A DNA stretch of 64,000 nt from a virus (IMGVR_UViG_3300025018_000136:13062-77061); one strand, 5' to 3'. Positions 28,127 through 38,797 are shown, counted from the stretch's first letter. Numbers and translations are program-made. Notes: generated from the sequence alone by a model not told the origin.

Positions 28127-31100
28127 TTATTGTGTCCTCAATTGTCTTTTAATTTCCATCACAAACTCGTTAGCAAAACTACTTGGGTTACCATTAGCAC
28201 CATTGATAGTTATGTTTCCAATAGATATTGATTGGCCTCCACCATTTCCAAGAGGACCTTCACCATTAAATCCCATAATAGTGTCATTCTGCGCAAATTC
28301 TATATATTTTCCATCGTTTGTTAAAAGGAAATCCTTAGGTGTATATCTTGTTATCTTATATTCCTTTCCGCCAAGTCCTGTTTGAGTTGTTGTTGATGCG
28401 TTATATTGAGACCTATCAAAAGAACTACCAGATGCACCGCTAGAACTTCTTCCTATAGCATTAGAATAAGAGAGAGCATTGCTAGCAAGATTTGCATACT
28501 TAGTACTAAGAGTATCTATCTGGGGTATTAGTTTATTAACTTCAGCCTCTTCAAATCTCATAGCATAAGAAATTTGCTCATGAGCGTCTCTCTGTTGGTC
28601 TAAAATTTCTTTTAAATCGTCATATTCTTGCTGTTGAGTTTTAATTTTACGCTCCAATCTATCTCTCTGATTCCACTCACCACCAAGAGAACTTATAATT
28701 GACTCAGCAGAACTAGCTGTACCATTCTTTCTATCCTCATCAATCTGAATAGCATTCTGCACCTGATTATGCATATTTCCAAAATATACGTCTTGAGCAA
28801 GTTGTAATCTACGAAGATTAGTTTCAGCCTCAGTTTGACCACCACCAGTGTCCATAGCTGAACTACTAAGTAATAATGTTTGATGCGCTTGAACAGCACT
28901 AGTTGTGTTCTTAGCAAGTTCATTTCCTTCAACTATTAAAGCACGAATATGCTCCCTTACAGTTGTCTGCCAAGCTTCAAAAGCAGTCTGAGATGTAGTT
29001 GCTGCATTAGTCACATTATCTATAGCTGTAACAACCCCACTATAAGCGTCTCCAGTGTTACCTACAGCTGCTGCAATAAATGCCTGAGCATCTGATACCC
29101 CAAGAGCTTCAAGTTCTTGTTTCTTAATAACTAATTCTTGTTGTTGAATAACTCTTGAAAATGCAGTTTCCATCTTAAAATTCATAGATGTAAGTCTTTT
29201 AATCTCATCAGTAGTAGAAGCTAAATCTTTCTTATATTTATCTAATACTTTTGCTACACCTTCTATTGCAAAATTAGTCTCATCCATAGCAAGACTAAGT
29301 AATGTAAGCGTGTCTTTATAATTATTAGTTCGTTCAGTAACATCATTCAACCTATCGAGATATTTCTCCATAGCCTGTAACGTGACAGAACCAAATTGGT
29401 CTGATATAGATTCTTGAACATCTGAAAGTTCCGACGTAGCAGCTATAAGACGTTCTAGATTTCCAGATGCCAAAGCAGAATCATATTCTTCATATGCGCT
29501 TTTTAAATCCTGTAAAGCTTCTTGATTATTCTTATATTTATCTTGTGCTTTAGTTTGATTTAATAGCTCGTTTCTTTCTACTTCATTCATCGCAGAAAGA
29601 GCATCTATTAACTGTTGAATATAAATAGCGGTTAAACCTATATCATTATTTGTATCCTTTAATAATTTTGATTGGTACTCTAATATCTCATTATATTGGT
29701 TGCCATAGATTGTTCCTGACGCTAAAGCTTCATCTAAATGTTTCATAGAATTTGTATAAGCTTTCATTTCATCATTATTATTTAAAATAAGATTCCACGA
29801 ATCAGTCCATCCTTTCTTAGCTTTACCCCAAAAACCAGCACTCTCACTAGCCAAATCTTTTATTATAGATTTATTTTCTTCAGCAATATTCTTATTTGTT
29901 CTAAAAGCTATATATGCCTCAGCCATTAAAGAATTACCAGAGCGCATCTCTTCATTTACATTCTTAAGATTAATATAATAATCATCTGCTCCGTTTGCTA
30001 AAGTAATAAGAGCGTTACCACCAATTCTACCAGCTGCATCAAATGCTGCTGATGATTTTTCTACAGAACTACTCATTCTATTAAGACCATCAATTACTCT
30101 CTGGAACGCAACATCAGCATTATTCTCCAATTCATTCCTAAAAGACTCAACTGACATTCCTGCAATATCTGCAAATTCTTCAACATTGGAAGACATTCTT
30201 AAAAATAAATTGCGCAACCTAGTACCAGCACGTTCTGCACTCATACCAGCGTCAACCATAGTTGCTATACCAGCAGCACTTGTCTCAAAAGAAATTCCTA
30301 ACACTTCTGCTTGTGCTCCAACTCTAGTAAGACCACCAATAAGGTTACCAACTGTTGCTGCTGTAGTGTTCTCTAATTTGTTCAATGAACTAGCTAGTAA
30401 AAACGTACTTTCAATTGGAAGATTAAATGCATTAGTAATCTTAGCAAAATTAGTTGCAACATCTTCAGCTGTCATATCAGTAACGAAACTTATAATAGAG
30501 ATTGCTTGAGTAAATCTAGCAATATCTTCTGTCCCTCTAATTCCCATCTGCCCAGCTACTTTAGCAATCTTAGCAAGTTCATCTGCGGCTACAGGAATAG
30601 TTCTAGCCATACTATAAAATTGAGATGAAAGACTTTCTGCCTCAGCCTGACTAAGACCTGCAGTCTTAGTAACGCCAACCATAGCTTCTTCCATCTTCTC
30701 ATATTCACCTATAAGCATTTGGATTGGCTTATAAATAATATACATAGCAGCACCAATTGCTGTAGCTGCGAAAGCTATGTTTACCATAGACCAACGAAGG
30801 TTATTAAGAGCCCTATTCATCTTATTAAGTGCAGGATAAGCTGTTTCCCATTGGCCAGTAGTAAGTTTTTGCCAATGAGACATCTTTTCCTGTGCGCGAA
30901 TATTAGATGTAAGTTGTTTAGAATGTTTCTCTGTATATCCTGCAGCTACAAGCATACCTTGTGCTTGTTTAGAAGTTGTAGATTGTAAGCGCTGTGTAAC
31001 CCCAGTAAGTTTATTTGTCTGCGATACAGCTACTCCAGTAACTTTATTGTTCTTATCACGAAGAATAGAATACTTATTAATTATTTTAGCAGACTTATCT

Positions 31101-31276
31101 TCTTCTTTAGAAAGTTTCTGAACAGCCTTCTCAGCTTTAGTAGAGGAAATTACTCCTTTATCATTAGCTTGAGCTGCTTTCTGTGTCTTATTAATATAGT
31201 CGTCTAAAGCTTTTGTGGCAGCCTTTTCATTCTTTGTTTCAAAGTTTGTAACTATATTTATTCTGTGGTCTGACAT
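28127..31276 (-). CDS. Tape measure protein (TP901-like core)
   Basis: 1049 aa helical protein; VTKTAG..ELAKIAKVAGQMGI..AERAGTRLRN; position after the chaperones. Confidence 0.9.
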   Translation of the reverse strand: MSDHRINIVTNFETKNEKAATKALDDYINKTQKAAQANDKGVISSTKAEKAVQKLSKEEDKSAKIINKYSILRDKNNKVTGVAVSQTNKLTGVTQRLQSTTSKQAQGMLVAAGYTEKHSKQLTSNIRAQEKMSHWQKLTTGQWETAYPALNKMNRALNNLRWSMVNIAFAATAIGAAMYIIYKPIQMLIGEYEKMEEAMVGVTKTAGLSQAEAESLSSQFYSMARTIPVAADELAKIAKVAGQMGIRGTEDIARFTQAISIISFVTDMTAEDVATNFAKITNAFNLPIESTFLLASSLNKLENTTAATVGNLIGGLTRVGAQAEVLGISFETSAAGIATMVDAGMSAERAGTRLRNLFLRMSSNVEEFADIAGMSVESFRNELENNADVAFQRVIDGLNRMSSSVEKSSAAFDAAGRIGGNALITLANGADDYYINLKNVNEEMRSGNSLMAEAYIAFRTNKNIAEENKSIIKDLASESAGFWGKAKKGWTDSWNLILNNNDEMKAYTNSMKHLDEALASGTIYGNQYNEILEYQSKLLKDTNNDIGLTAIYIQQLIDALSAMNEVERNELLNQTKAQDKYKNNQEALQDLKSAYEEYDSALASGNLERLIAATSELSDVQESISDQFGSVTLQAMEKYLDRLNDVTERTNNYKDTLTLLSLAMDETNFAIEGVAKVLDKYKKDLASTTDEIKRLTSMNFKMETAFSRVIQQQELVIKKQELEALGVSDAQAFIAAAVGNTGDAYSGVVTAIDNVTNAATTSQTAFEAWQTTVREHIRALIVEGNELAKNTTSAVQAHQTLLLSSSAMDTGGGQTEAETNLRRLQLAQDVYFGNMHNQVQNAIQIDEDRKNGTASSAESIISSLGGEWNQRDRLERKIKTQQQEYDDLKEILDQQRDAHEQISYAMRFEEAEVNKLIPQIDTLSTKYANLASNALSYSNAIGRSSSGASGSSFDRSQYNASTTTQTGLGGKEYKITRYTPKDFLLTNDGKYIEFAQNDTIMGFNGEGPLGNGGGQSISIGNITINGANGNPSSFANEFVMEIKRQLRTQ

Positions 31277-31464
31277 TATTTACGTCCTTTACTATTTTTG
31301 GCGTTTCTAGCCAAGTTCTCTTGCTTTCTGTTCCAAGCACGAATCAAATGGTTTATTTCCCCATATGTTAATGCTCCAATGTTGAACAAATTGTATCCCA
31401 TTTCATGCAAAAAAAGAAGTAAGTCTGCTTCATAACGTTCTTTCTTTGCTTTAACTAGTTTTTT
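31276..31464 (-). other. -1 frameshift extension (gpGT-like) of the tail assembly chaperone
   Basis: Slippery A AAA AAC (31464-31458) just before the stop; -1 frame open for 60 aa (LVKAKKERYEADLLLFLHEMGY...) ending in TAATG on the TMP start. Confidence 0.8.
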
Positions 31465-31838
31465 GCGAATTCATCCTCTGCTTTGTTCATACCAGACTTT
31501 TTACCACCAGAGGTATCAAGACCACTATTAACAAGTATAGTATTCACAATTGCTGACAACATATGTGGTTTTATATGTGGCAACTCTTCTGGAAGATATT
31601 TTGGTTCTACACAATATTGTTTCACAATATCTCCATCTATATCTTTCTCGTCTTTATTTCCAAGTTGAGAAAATATTTTCTTAATGTCTCCCCTTGGTAT
31701 TGGAATAGCTACAATAGTTTCTCCCTTCAACATAAGTTGATTATCGTCATCTAAATCAATCTCTAATTCCCATTCTTGTGGAATAAGATTTCCTTCAGAA
31801 TCTCTCTCATATAATGTATCTCCTTTTTTCAATACCAT
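31455..31838 (-). CDS. Tail assembly chaperone (gpG-like)
   Basis: Lies between the tail tube and TMP; slippery site at its 3' end. Confidence 0.75.
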   Translation of the reverse strand: MVLKKGDTLYERDSEGNLIPQEWELEIDLDDDNQLMLKGETIVAIPIPRGDIKKIFSQLGNKDEKDIDGDIVKQYCVEPKYLPEELPHIKPHMLSAIVNTILVNSGLDTSGGKKSGMNKAEDEFAKN

Positions 31839-31861
31839 TCTTTCATCACCTTGTTTTTATT

Positions 31862-32086
31862 TTAACTTTGCATTGCTGGGGGTGTCTTTCCTCCGCCAGA
31901 AGGTGTTTGAGTAACACTTTCAGTAGAAATTTTTCTTGCGGTACCGTTTCCTTTAACTACTTTAGATATTCCTGCTATTGAAGGTGTAACTTTGGCTTTT
32001 GTTCCAGTGTTTTTACCAATAATAGCTGTTGAAACTCCAACAGAACTATTTCCTGCAAATGCTTTTAGTTGATTTGGTTTTTTCAT
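31862..32086 (-). CDS. Small basic low-complexity protein
   Basis: K/G/S/T-rich ORF with a G-rich SD. Confidence 0.45.
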   Translation of the reverse strand: MKKPNQLKAFAGNSSVGVSTAIIGKNTGTKAKVTPSIAGISKVVKGNGTARKISTESVTQTPSGGGKTPPAMQS

Positions 32087-32126
32087 TTTTCATTTCCCCA
32101 TAATTAAAAAAAATTAAAAAAATAAT

Positions 32127-33218
32127 TTACTTATATGATGCGTCTGAATCAACAACATAAATCTTTGCAGATTCTACGAATACGCCAATAGATTGGCTAA
32201 CGATGTCTTCTGGAGAACCAGAAATATTCATAGTGTCAAATTTTGTGTTGTTAAGTACAACTCTCATCCAGTCATCTGTAGCAGTTTTACTTCCAGATAT
32301 AACCCCACTTCTTACGAAATCGAGAACAACTTGGTATGAAGTAAAAGTGTTCTGAGGTTCTGTAGCACCAGTAGCGCCTAGGAACATCTCATATTGGCTC
32401 TTGTCTTCAAAATGAACTGTTAAGTTAGACTCATATTCACGCCCTTTAGGAATAAGACTCTTAAGTGAGCGAATATTGTCTGTAGCACTACAAGTACCAG
32501 ACACATACCAATTTGCTTCTAGGTTGTTATTAACGCTAAAATCAAAGCTGTTAACTTTACAAAGTCTAGAACCAGAATCAATTGCTGTATACGCAGTAAT
32601 AGCTCCAGTTGTAGCATAAACTACTCCTTGATAAAAGACGTATGGGTCAACAGTTAACTCACTAACGCTTTCTGCTGCTGCTGTACTAATAGTTACACTC
32701 TTTCCAATCCAATCGACAGAAGTCATAACTGGTTCATCAACAGAACCACTAATAGTCATACTGTTTACTCTACAACCATCATAAATTCTCTTTAGGTTGT
32801 AAGTTCCTGGGTTTCCACCGTCTTCATCATCTGTAAATTCTAATGTAAAACTTGGAAAACTATTTGTTTGAGGTGCAGCTGCACTGCCCATAACGTGTAG
32901 ATACGTTGCTTTACTTGCATCATGATATCTTGGGCCTATATCTACTCCTGCAGTAGTACCACTATCTTCTCCAATTGCCTGTCTAATCATTGAACCGCCC
33001 TGTAAGTAATAATCGAAGCTTCCAGAAACTTCAAACTTACCAGGAACAATGTTACTAAAATCTCTGCTTCCGCCCATAGTTCTAATCTTAATAAGGTTGT
33101 TTGTCTCAGTTGGGTTAACCGTCTGAACAAGTCCAATTGATTGATTTGCGGGCATAGCAGAACCATAGTTTGTTTCATTTGCGAAATACAAACTTTGTTT
33201 ATATCCTGTATTTACCAT
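32127..33218 (-). CDS. Major tail tube protein
   Basis: ETNYG, PGKFEVSGSFDY, FPSFTLE, YDGCRVNSMTISG pattern; followed by T-tracts. Confidence 0.82.
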   Translation of the reverse strand: MVNTGYKQSLYFANETNYGSAMPANQSIGLVQTVNPTETNNLIKIRTMGGSRDFSNIVPGKFEVSGSFDYYLQGGSMIRQAIGEDSGTTAGVDIGPRYHDASKATYLHVMGSAAAPQTNSFPSFTLEFTDDEDGGNPGTYNLKRIYDGCRVNSMTISGSVDEPVMTSVDWIGKSVTISTAAAESVSELTVDPYVFYQGVVYATTGAITAYTAIDSGSRLCKVNSFDFSVNNNLEANWYVSGTCSATDNIRSLKSLIPKGREYESNLTVHFEDKSQYEMFLGATGATEPQNTFTSYQVVLDFVRSGVISGSKTATDDWMRVVLNNTKFDTMNISGSPEDIVSQSIGVFVESAKIYVVDSDASYK

Positions 33219-33463
33219 TTTATATCCTCTCTATCTGTTTTTTCATCGTCAAGTGATTCTTCTGTAGGTTCTTCATTAACCACTTTTTTTACTTTTTTCT
33301 CTTCTTGTGATTTTACTTCAGAAAAATCTATATTTCTTAAAATTCTACCTGCTGTAAAGTCATCTAATTCTTTAACATCTCCCTTTTTCCAGTCATTAAA
33401 AATTGCATTCCCTACTTTAATTCTGCACGGAGAGATGTCTCCATTATAAATAATTTTCTTCAT
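33212..33463 (-). CDS. Hypothetical protein
   Basis: ATG 33463 after GGTGA. Confidence 0.55.
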   Translation of the reverse strand: MKKIIYNGDISPCRIKVGNAIFNDWKKGDVKELDDFTAGRILRNIDFSEVKSQEEKKVKKVVNEEPTEESLDDEKTDREDIKW

Positions 33464-33476
33464 AATATTTTCACCT

Positions 33477-33869
33477 TTACTTAAATGCCATTGAAAATTC
33501 TTCATCTGCTATAATTGGCACTTGTTGCGCGGCAAGTAGTGCACCAGCAGCCATAAAGTGATATCCAGGCCAATGTTTTTTGTTTCTCAATGTATGCCCT
33601 TGGTCTACCCATATTAGATATGGAGTTTCTGCATATACATACCCAATATATCCAGTTGCATGTTTAACTGGAGATTTAACAACAAAACTATTAATAATCA
33701 TACTTGTTGGATGTTTACTTTTTCTTTTACTTCTGTAATTTTTAATCGCTTCATCTTTTGCTACTTCACAAACACGACTAACAGTATTCATAGCTGGTCT
33801 ATCTATACTAGCAAGAGCATTACTTAAAGCGATTCTATTGAAATCTATACTTACTGTGACACTTACCAT
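33477..33869 (-). CDS. HK97 gp10-like neck/tail component
   Basis: PYLIWVDQGH...PGYHFM motif; position. Confidence 0.7.
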   Translation of the reverse strand: MVSVTVSIDFNRIALSNALASIDRPAMNTVSRVCEVAKDEAIKNYRSKRKSKHPTSMIINSFVVKSPVKHATGYIGYVYAETPYLIWVDQGHTLRNKKHWPGYHFMAAGALLAAQQVPIIADEEFSMAFK

Positions 33870-34345
33870 TAACAACCCACATTATAATATTTAACTGATA
33901 TTGTAACATTCGCATAATGAAGCTGAGTTTCAGGGTCATATTCAACAGGGCTTGTAGAAACAGCCTTATATCCTTTTATACCATCAGAAACTTTATCAGG
34001 CATCTTTGACTTAAGAGTATTCTTTATTCTACCAAGATAATAATCTACCAATTGGTCATTTTTATATACAGTTCCACCTACTGTAAGTTTAAAATTATTT
34101 TTAGAAAAAAACCAAACATTTAAGAGTAAAACTTCTTCTTCTGTAAAGTTTGACCCAATAGTAATTGGTTCAATAATATTATCAAATTTCTTTATTTGAA
34201 TTCGTGGATATTTAGCACCAGCATCAGGCTCATCAGTAAATACCCAGAGTCCGTTTCTAGAATTTCCACCAGCAGTTACATATGGGTCTATTAAGTTATC
34301 CCTTAATGTGTCACGAACTGCGTTGATAGCATCGATTAGTTCCAT
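33869..34345 (-). CDS. Tail terminator/completion protein
   Basis: YPRIQI..., LLLNVW and final beta-strand pattern; position. Confidence 0.6.
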   Translation of the reverse strand: MELIDAINAVRDTLRDNLIDPYVTAGGNSRNGLWVFTDEPDAGAKYPRIQIKKFDNIIEPITIGSNFTEEEVLLLNVWFFSKNNFKLTVGGTVYKNDQLVDYYLGRIKNTLKSKMPDKVSDGIKGYKAVSTSPVEYDPETQLHYANVTISVKYYNVGC

Positions 34346-34932
34346 AAAAGCGCACCACATCCTTTATTTTTTATATCGCTCTCCCACATAACTATTACAT
34401 CAAATCCTTTGTTTTTAAGGTATGAAATCTTCTTTTTATCTTTTTCAATTTTCTCTGGCAAACTATGCCAATAATTGCCAAGTACTTCTATTATTATATT
34501 ATCTTCTGGAAGCCAAAAATCTGCTATGCCATATTTATATTTAAATTGTTTTACATACAAAATGTTATTGAATAAAAGATAATTTTCTACCATTCGTTCT
34601 GGTTTCGTGTCTTCAGTTATTAAACCTCTCTTTTTTTGTTTAATTGAAGCTTCTCTTATCTTCTCTATTGACTTCTCACTATGCTTTTTTCCTAAAAAAG
34701 GTTTTCTACATTTAGGAGAACAAAAACATTTTTTTGTTTCTGTGCTGTTAAATGTTTTTCTTTCAAACATTTCTTCACATGTAGGACAAACAAAAGAATT
34801 AATTTTAGCATGGTTAGAATTTACACAAATATCTGTGCCAGACCAATTTTCAGATTGCCATTTATAAATGCAAGAACGTGAGCAAAAAGACTTATTAGTG
34901 GTATGTTTACCACAAAAGTTACATTTATTCAT
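34336..34932 (-). CDS. Free-standing Vsr/DUF559-like endonuclease with Zn-finger and NUMOD3 motifs
   Basis: CxxC..FCSxxC repeats, GKKHSEKS, ADFWLP..IIEVLGNYWH. Confidence 0.8.
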   Translation of the reverse strand: MNKCNFCGKHTTNKSFCSRSCIYKWQSENWSGTDICVNSNHAKINSFVCPTCEEMFERKTFNSTETKKCFCSPKCRKPFLGKKHSEKSIEKIREASIKQKKRGLITEDTKPERMVENYLLFNNILYVKQFKYKYGIADFWLPEDNIIIEVLGNYWHSLPEKIEKDKKKISYLKNKGFDVIVMWESDIKNKGCGALLWN

Positions 34933-34995
34933 AGTTGTGCCCCTTGGCGACCTAAAAAGGTTCTTAGAGAATTTCCCCTTGGAAACCCACTTACT

Positions 34996-35035
34996 TTTAT
35001 ATATGGCACTTCTAGTATATAAACCTTTCGGTTTT
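34996..35035 (-). promoter_or_regulatory. Extended BRE-TATA promoter
   Basis: AAAACCGAAAG GTTTATATA C TAGAA GTGC CATATATA. Confidence 0.8.
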
Positions 35036-35043
35036 GTTAAGAA

Positions 35044-35211
35044 TTAGCTGGTCATTTTGGGCTCTTTGCCCGTAGAACCATCAGGCCCTCTCTTGTTTGT
35101 ATCTATTGTATAATCAACTGCAACTGCACGTTTGATTTCATCTTTAGTTACACCAAGTCTTTGTTGGTCTGCAGTGCCCTTCTTAGGGGCTTTTTTCTTT
35201 TCTATAGCCAT
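35044..35211 (-). CDS. Small hypothetical protein (55 aa, not in ORF track)
   Basis: MAIEKKKAPKKG...; GGTGA SD. Confidence 0.6.
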   Translation of the reverse strand: MAIEKKKAPKKGTADQQRLGVTKDEIKRAVAVDYTIDTNKRGPDGSTGKEPKMTS

Positions 35212-35233
35212 ATTTTTAATCACCTTTATTCAC

Positions 35234-36118
35234 CTAACTCCAACCATAACTACCAATATAGGCATTTCTGTCGTGGTCTTGTCTTATATGTTTACGATTT
35301 ACACCATAAACTTTATCATAATATTTAACATCTGAACTTAATTGGACAGAAACCCTATCAGAAAGTATTTTCTCTACCATATTAAGTCTATCTGTAATAG
35401 TCTGAAGTTCTTTGCTAGTTTCTCCACCACTCGTAAAATCAAGCTTCTCAAGAAGAGCTTTACAAGTTCTATAAATAGAAAGCTTATTAAATAAACCTGG
35501 GACATACTGAGCTTCCAATTCATCGTTTGTATCAAGTGTTATACCACTAGAACCAACCGGAAGAATACGAACCATACCATATTTAGCATTAACTTTATAC
35601 CCATCCTCTAAGAAAAGTTCAGTTTTTGTTGTAGTGCCATAGAAAACTCTATCCACTCTATAAATATTCTCTTCACCAAGATAATAAGTGTCCTGAATAG
35701 TATCATCAATCTTATTAATATATGACCAAGTTGCAGCTAAAGGTTGTCCATATTCATAATAAATGAATTCATCAGTATCTGAAATCTGGTCGAAAATCTC
35801 GTCATCTGTCCATCTACCAACAGTATCAATAACTCTTTTAATCTCTGCTACAGTGCAAAGCCTAACATTTTCTTCTGCAGAAATTGGTGTAGAATAATCA
35901 GACCATGCTCCGCCAGCATTATCATAGAATCTTAATCTATACCAATGTGTTTTTGAACCATCTGGGTCAGTATAAGAAGTTACTGCCCCACTACTTCCAA
36001 CATATGATGACGCTGTAATTAAAACAGTATAATTACCATAAAGAGTAACTGCACGACTAACTTCATGCTCTATAATATCTGTTGTGCTCGGTGATTGCCA
36101 ATGAATAGTTTGTGCCAT
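35234..36118 (-). CDS. Head-tail adaptor with N-terminal FN3-like domain
   Basis: YTD...WYRLRFY (FN3-like) then LCTVAEIK adaptor-like start. Confidence 0.65.
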   Translation of the reverse strand: MAQTIHWQSPSTTDIIEHEVSRAVTLYGNYTVLITASSYVGSSGAVTSYTDPDGSKTHWYRLRFYDNAGGAWSDYSTPISAEENVRLCTVAEIKRVIDTVGRWTDDEIFDQISDTDEFIYYEYGQPLAATWSYINKIDDTIQDTYYLGEENIYRVDRVFYGTTTKTELFLEDGYKVNAKYGMVRILPVGSSGITLDTNDELEAQYVPGLFNKLSIYRTCKALLEKLDFTSGGETSKELQTITDRLNMVEKILSDRVSVQLSSDVKYYDKVYGVNRKHIRQDHDRNAYIGSYGWS

Positions 36119-36133
36119 TTTTATACCTATATT

Positions 36134-36171
36134 TATATATTGTTCTTCTAGTATTTAAATCTTTTGGTTTT
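36134..36171 (-). promoter_or_regulatory. Extended BRE-TATA promoter
   Basis: AAACCAAAAG ATTTAAATA C TAGAA GAAC AATATATA. Confidence 0.75.
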
Positions 36172-36460
36172 TTAATCTTCCTATAATTACAGGCGTTTCA
36201 ACTTCATCACTTATAATGGTAATATTCTCAGTTTCTATGTCTGAAACGCTAATTATTTGTGTTCTTTCTGGAACAGTAGTAACACTCATTAAAGTATCAC
36301 CAAAACCAGAAGCAGACTTTATTATTGGTATTTCTGGAGAAGAAACACTAGACATAACTATTAAAGGACCAGTATAAGTATTAAACTGTGTTTCTGGATT
36401 TATAAATCCATAAATAGAGTTACCATATACACCAACACCATAATATGCAGATATGGTCAT
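36155..36460 (-). CDS. Putative virion accessory protein
   Basis: YYGVGVYGNSIYG glycine-aromatic motif; coupled. Confidence 0.45.
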   Translation of the reverse strand: MTISAYYGVGVYGNSIYGFINPETQFNTYTGPLIVMSSVSSPEIPIIKSASGFGDTLMSVTTVPERTQIISVSDIETENITIISDEVETPVIIGRLKNQKI

Positions 36461-37224
36461 ATTCCATTCACCTTACTAATACTAGTTATTGCTATACCAT
36501 TAATCTTTGAAGGAGCGATGCCATTAAACTTACCATTCCAACTAGTTGGTTCTCCCCCACTGAAAGGGTAAGATAAACCAACACCACTGTTGTACAAGTC
36601 AGCAATATCATATGTTGACAATGTTCTTGACCAAGTAGAAACCTCATCAATCAAACCATCATAAGACCTTGTTGCCGTAAAAGAATTAGAATAACTGCCA
36701 AGATAAGCTTGGAAACTGCCAAAACCATTAAAAGTAGTTGCCTGACTACCAACCTCAGTATTGTTGATATAAGTCTTCACTGTTGCCCCATCATAAGTAA
36801 TTACTAGATGATAGAAGCTTGTGGTGTCATACCCGTTAACATCAAATATTAATTGGGCACTCCCAGAACCATTCTTCACATAACCATTAATTCTTCCAGT
36901 AGGGCTGTTGTACGTCACAACATAAAAAGCATAAGAAGCAGTGCTTGCTGTATGAAAACAGAAAACTAAATCACTATCCACAAGAGGATAAGTCGTTGTT
37001 TTAATCCACATACTAACAGACCAATTAGTGTTGCTGGTAAAGTGAGAGTTAGAAGCCCCAAGAGCGATATAGTCTCCTGAACCGAACTCATAAGCTCCAC
37101 CAATCTTTCCGCTAGCGTTATAGGAAGCCCCACTTATTGTTCCGTGAAGACTGCCAACACTAGAGTTAAAACTACCATCAGAATCAGCCTTATAATAAGC
37201 TGTTAAACCAGTAGTTTCTACCAA
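36457..37224 (-). CDS. LamG-domain virion protein
   Basis: LTAYYKAD, SVSMWIK, FYHLVITYDG, GLIDEVSTW; C-terminal NGI repeats; TTG start. Confidence 0.8.
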   Translation of the reverse strand: MVETTGLTAYYKADSDGSFNSSVGSLHGTISGASYNASGKIGGAYEFGSGDYIALGASNSHFTSNTNWSVSMWIKTTTYPLVDSDLVFCFHTASTASYAFYVVTYNSPTGRINGYVKNGSGSAQLIFDVNGYDTTSFYHLVITYDGATVKTYINNTEVGSQATTFNGFGSFQAYLGSYSNSFTATRSYDGLIDEVSTWSRTLSTYDIADLYNSGVGLSYPFSGGEPTSWNGKFNGIAPSKINGIAITSISKVNGI

Positions 37225-37226
37225 TC

Positions 37227-38795
37227 TTATGCCACCTCTACGTATGATTTATCAGGGTCTACGAACAACTGAGTGGTGCTTAAAGCATAACCAACAATCC
37301 TCACTATTGAAGTGCTCGTACTAGGGGCGGTAGTTGTTATCGCTCCAGCAGTCTCACTAAGATAATAAGTTGCCCCAGCAGTCAAACCAGAAGTTGTATA
37401 AACACCGTGTGTCAGGATTGTGTTTGTTGAAACATAAATTCCAAGCATCCCATTAGCAGTGCTCTCAGCACTAGCATCTGCTTGAACCCAGTTCGTACCA
37501 TTAAAACGAGCAATATTCCCTGCTGAAAGACCACTAGGACTGATACTCTCAAGAATCATCCCTTTAGCGTTCCAAGATAAGTTTCCGCCAAGCTGAGGAG
37601 TAGTGTCCTCAACAACATTGCTTATCTGGTCAGTGACCCCCACTTTAAGAGTGTTAGCGGCAACATCAGTTGCAATATCAATACCGTCAACAGTTCCAGA
37701 AACAGTTATGTTGCCAGTAACGTCAAAACCTGTGCTTGTAAATCTTGAAACTTCATTGCCTAAAGAACTAACAGCTACAATTCCACTTGAAGGACTCCAA
37801 AAACCAGTTGTTGTCCAATAACCTGAAGGCGAACTAAAAAATGTATAACCAGGAGCTGCTTCTGTTCCTTTCATAATGCCTATTCTTCCACCATCCATAT
37901 AAGCTATTTCTACACCGCTACTTTGGAAAGAGAAAAAATTATTATTAACACCACCTGTTTGGTTAAGCACTAAAGCATCACCACCAGTAGTGACATTTAA
38001 ATCACCTGTTATCTCAAGATTACCGGACTCATCAATAGTAAACACGGGGTCTCCGGCACTATCAGATATTTCAAAATAATAAGTTGCTGAATCATTTCTA
38101 ACAACTCTAAAATTCATGTCAGCAGGGGTGTTATTATAATAACTTCTCATAGACCAATAAGGACTGTTAACTGTTCCTCCAGTGTCGGAAGGGTTAATTA
38201 ACAAACTATTATCATCAGCGTTCGCAGTGTAAGTAAGATATTTATTAGAACTATTATAAGTTAGACTTGATGTTCCTTCTATGGTTCCATCACCAGTCCA
38301 AACAGCTATCTGGTTATCAGCAGGCGTACCTACCTTAACAACGTCTCCACCACCACCTGCTGTGTATTGAGGGATGTTAAGTGTTGCTCCAACAAGAGTG
38401 GCTGCTCCACTAGTACCAGTAGTTGTCAACGTAATGTTATCTTGTTTACCACTTAAGTCTTGGTCACCAGTATTTGTCCCAGAAAGATTAGAAAGTTTTA
38501 TTATATCTCCAGAAGTCACAAATTTATTAGTAGTACTTGTATCATCAATATCGTCAGCATCTAATTGGTGAGGATTTCCAGTTGTTATTACTGAATGTGA
38601 ATAAGCCGCATCCCAGTTAGTATTAGTAACATTTTGAAGTACTCTAGAATCAGTAATAACAGAAGTATCTCCTATTTCTAATGCAAGAGTATTAATCCTG
38701 TAAGTACCGTCCTCTATATATTCTTTCACTGAATTATAGTCATTTGCTACTATGGCATCTACTAAATCAGTTTTTGTTGTTATTGGTGCTGGCAT
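37227..38795 (-). CDS. Fibre-like virion protein
   Basis: Mosaic Gly/Thr-rich fibre segments (SGTNTGDQDLS, DTTPQLGGNL, GATYYLSETAG). Confidence 0.7.
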   Translation of the reverse strand: MPAPITTKTDLVDAIVANDYNSVKEYIEDGTYRINTLALEIGDTSVITDSRVLQNVTNTNWDAAYSHSVITTGNPHQLDADDIDDTSTTNKFVTSGDIIKLSNLSGTNTGDQDLSGKQDNITLTTTGTSGAATLVGATLNIPQYTAGGGGDVVKVGTPADNQIAVWTGDGTIEGTSSLTYNSSNKYLTYTANADDNSLLINPSDTGGTVNSPYWSMRSYYNNTPADMNFRVVRNDSATYYFEISDSAGDPVFTIDESGNLEITGDLNVTTGGDALVLNQTGGVNNNFFSFQSSGVEIAYMDGGRIGIMKGTEAAPGYTFFSSPSGYWTTTGFWSPSSGIVAVSSLGNEVSRFTSTGFDVTGNITVSGTVDGIDIATDVAANTLKVGVTDQISNVVEDTTPQLGGNLSWNAKGMILESISPSGLSAGNIARFNGTNWVQADASAESTANGMLGIYVSTNTILTHGVYTTSGLTAGATYYLSETAGAITTTAPSTSTSIVRIVGYALSTTQLFVDPDKSYVEVA

Positions 38796-38797
38796 AT

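Noticed and set aside
31862-34345. Contractile tail sheath (myovirus)
   Set aside because: No sheath-sized gene or baseplate wedge set; a single tube gene and G/GT chaperones indicate a non-contractile tail.
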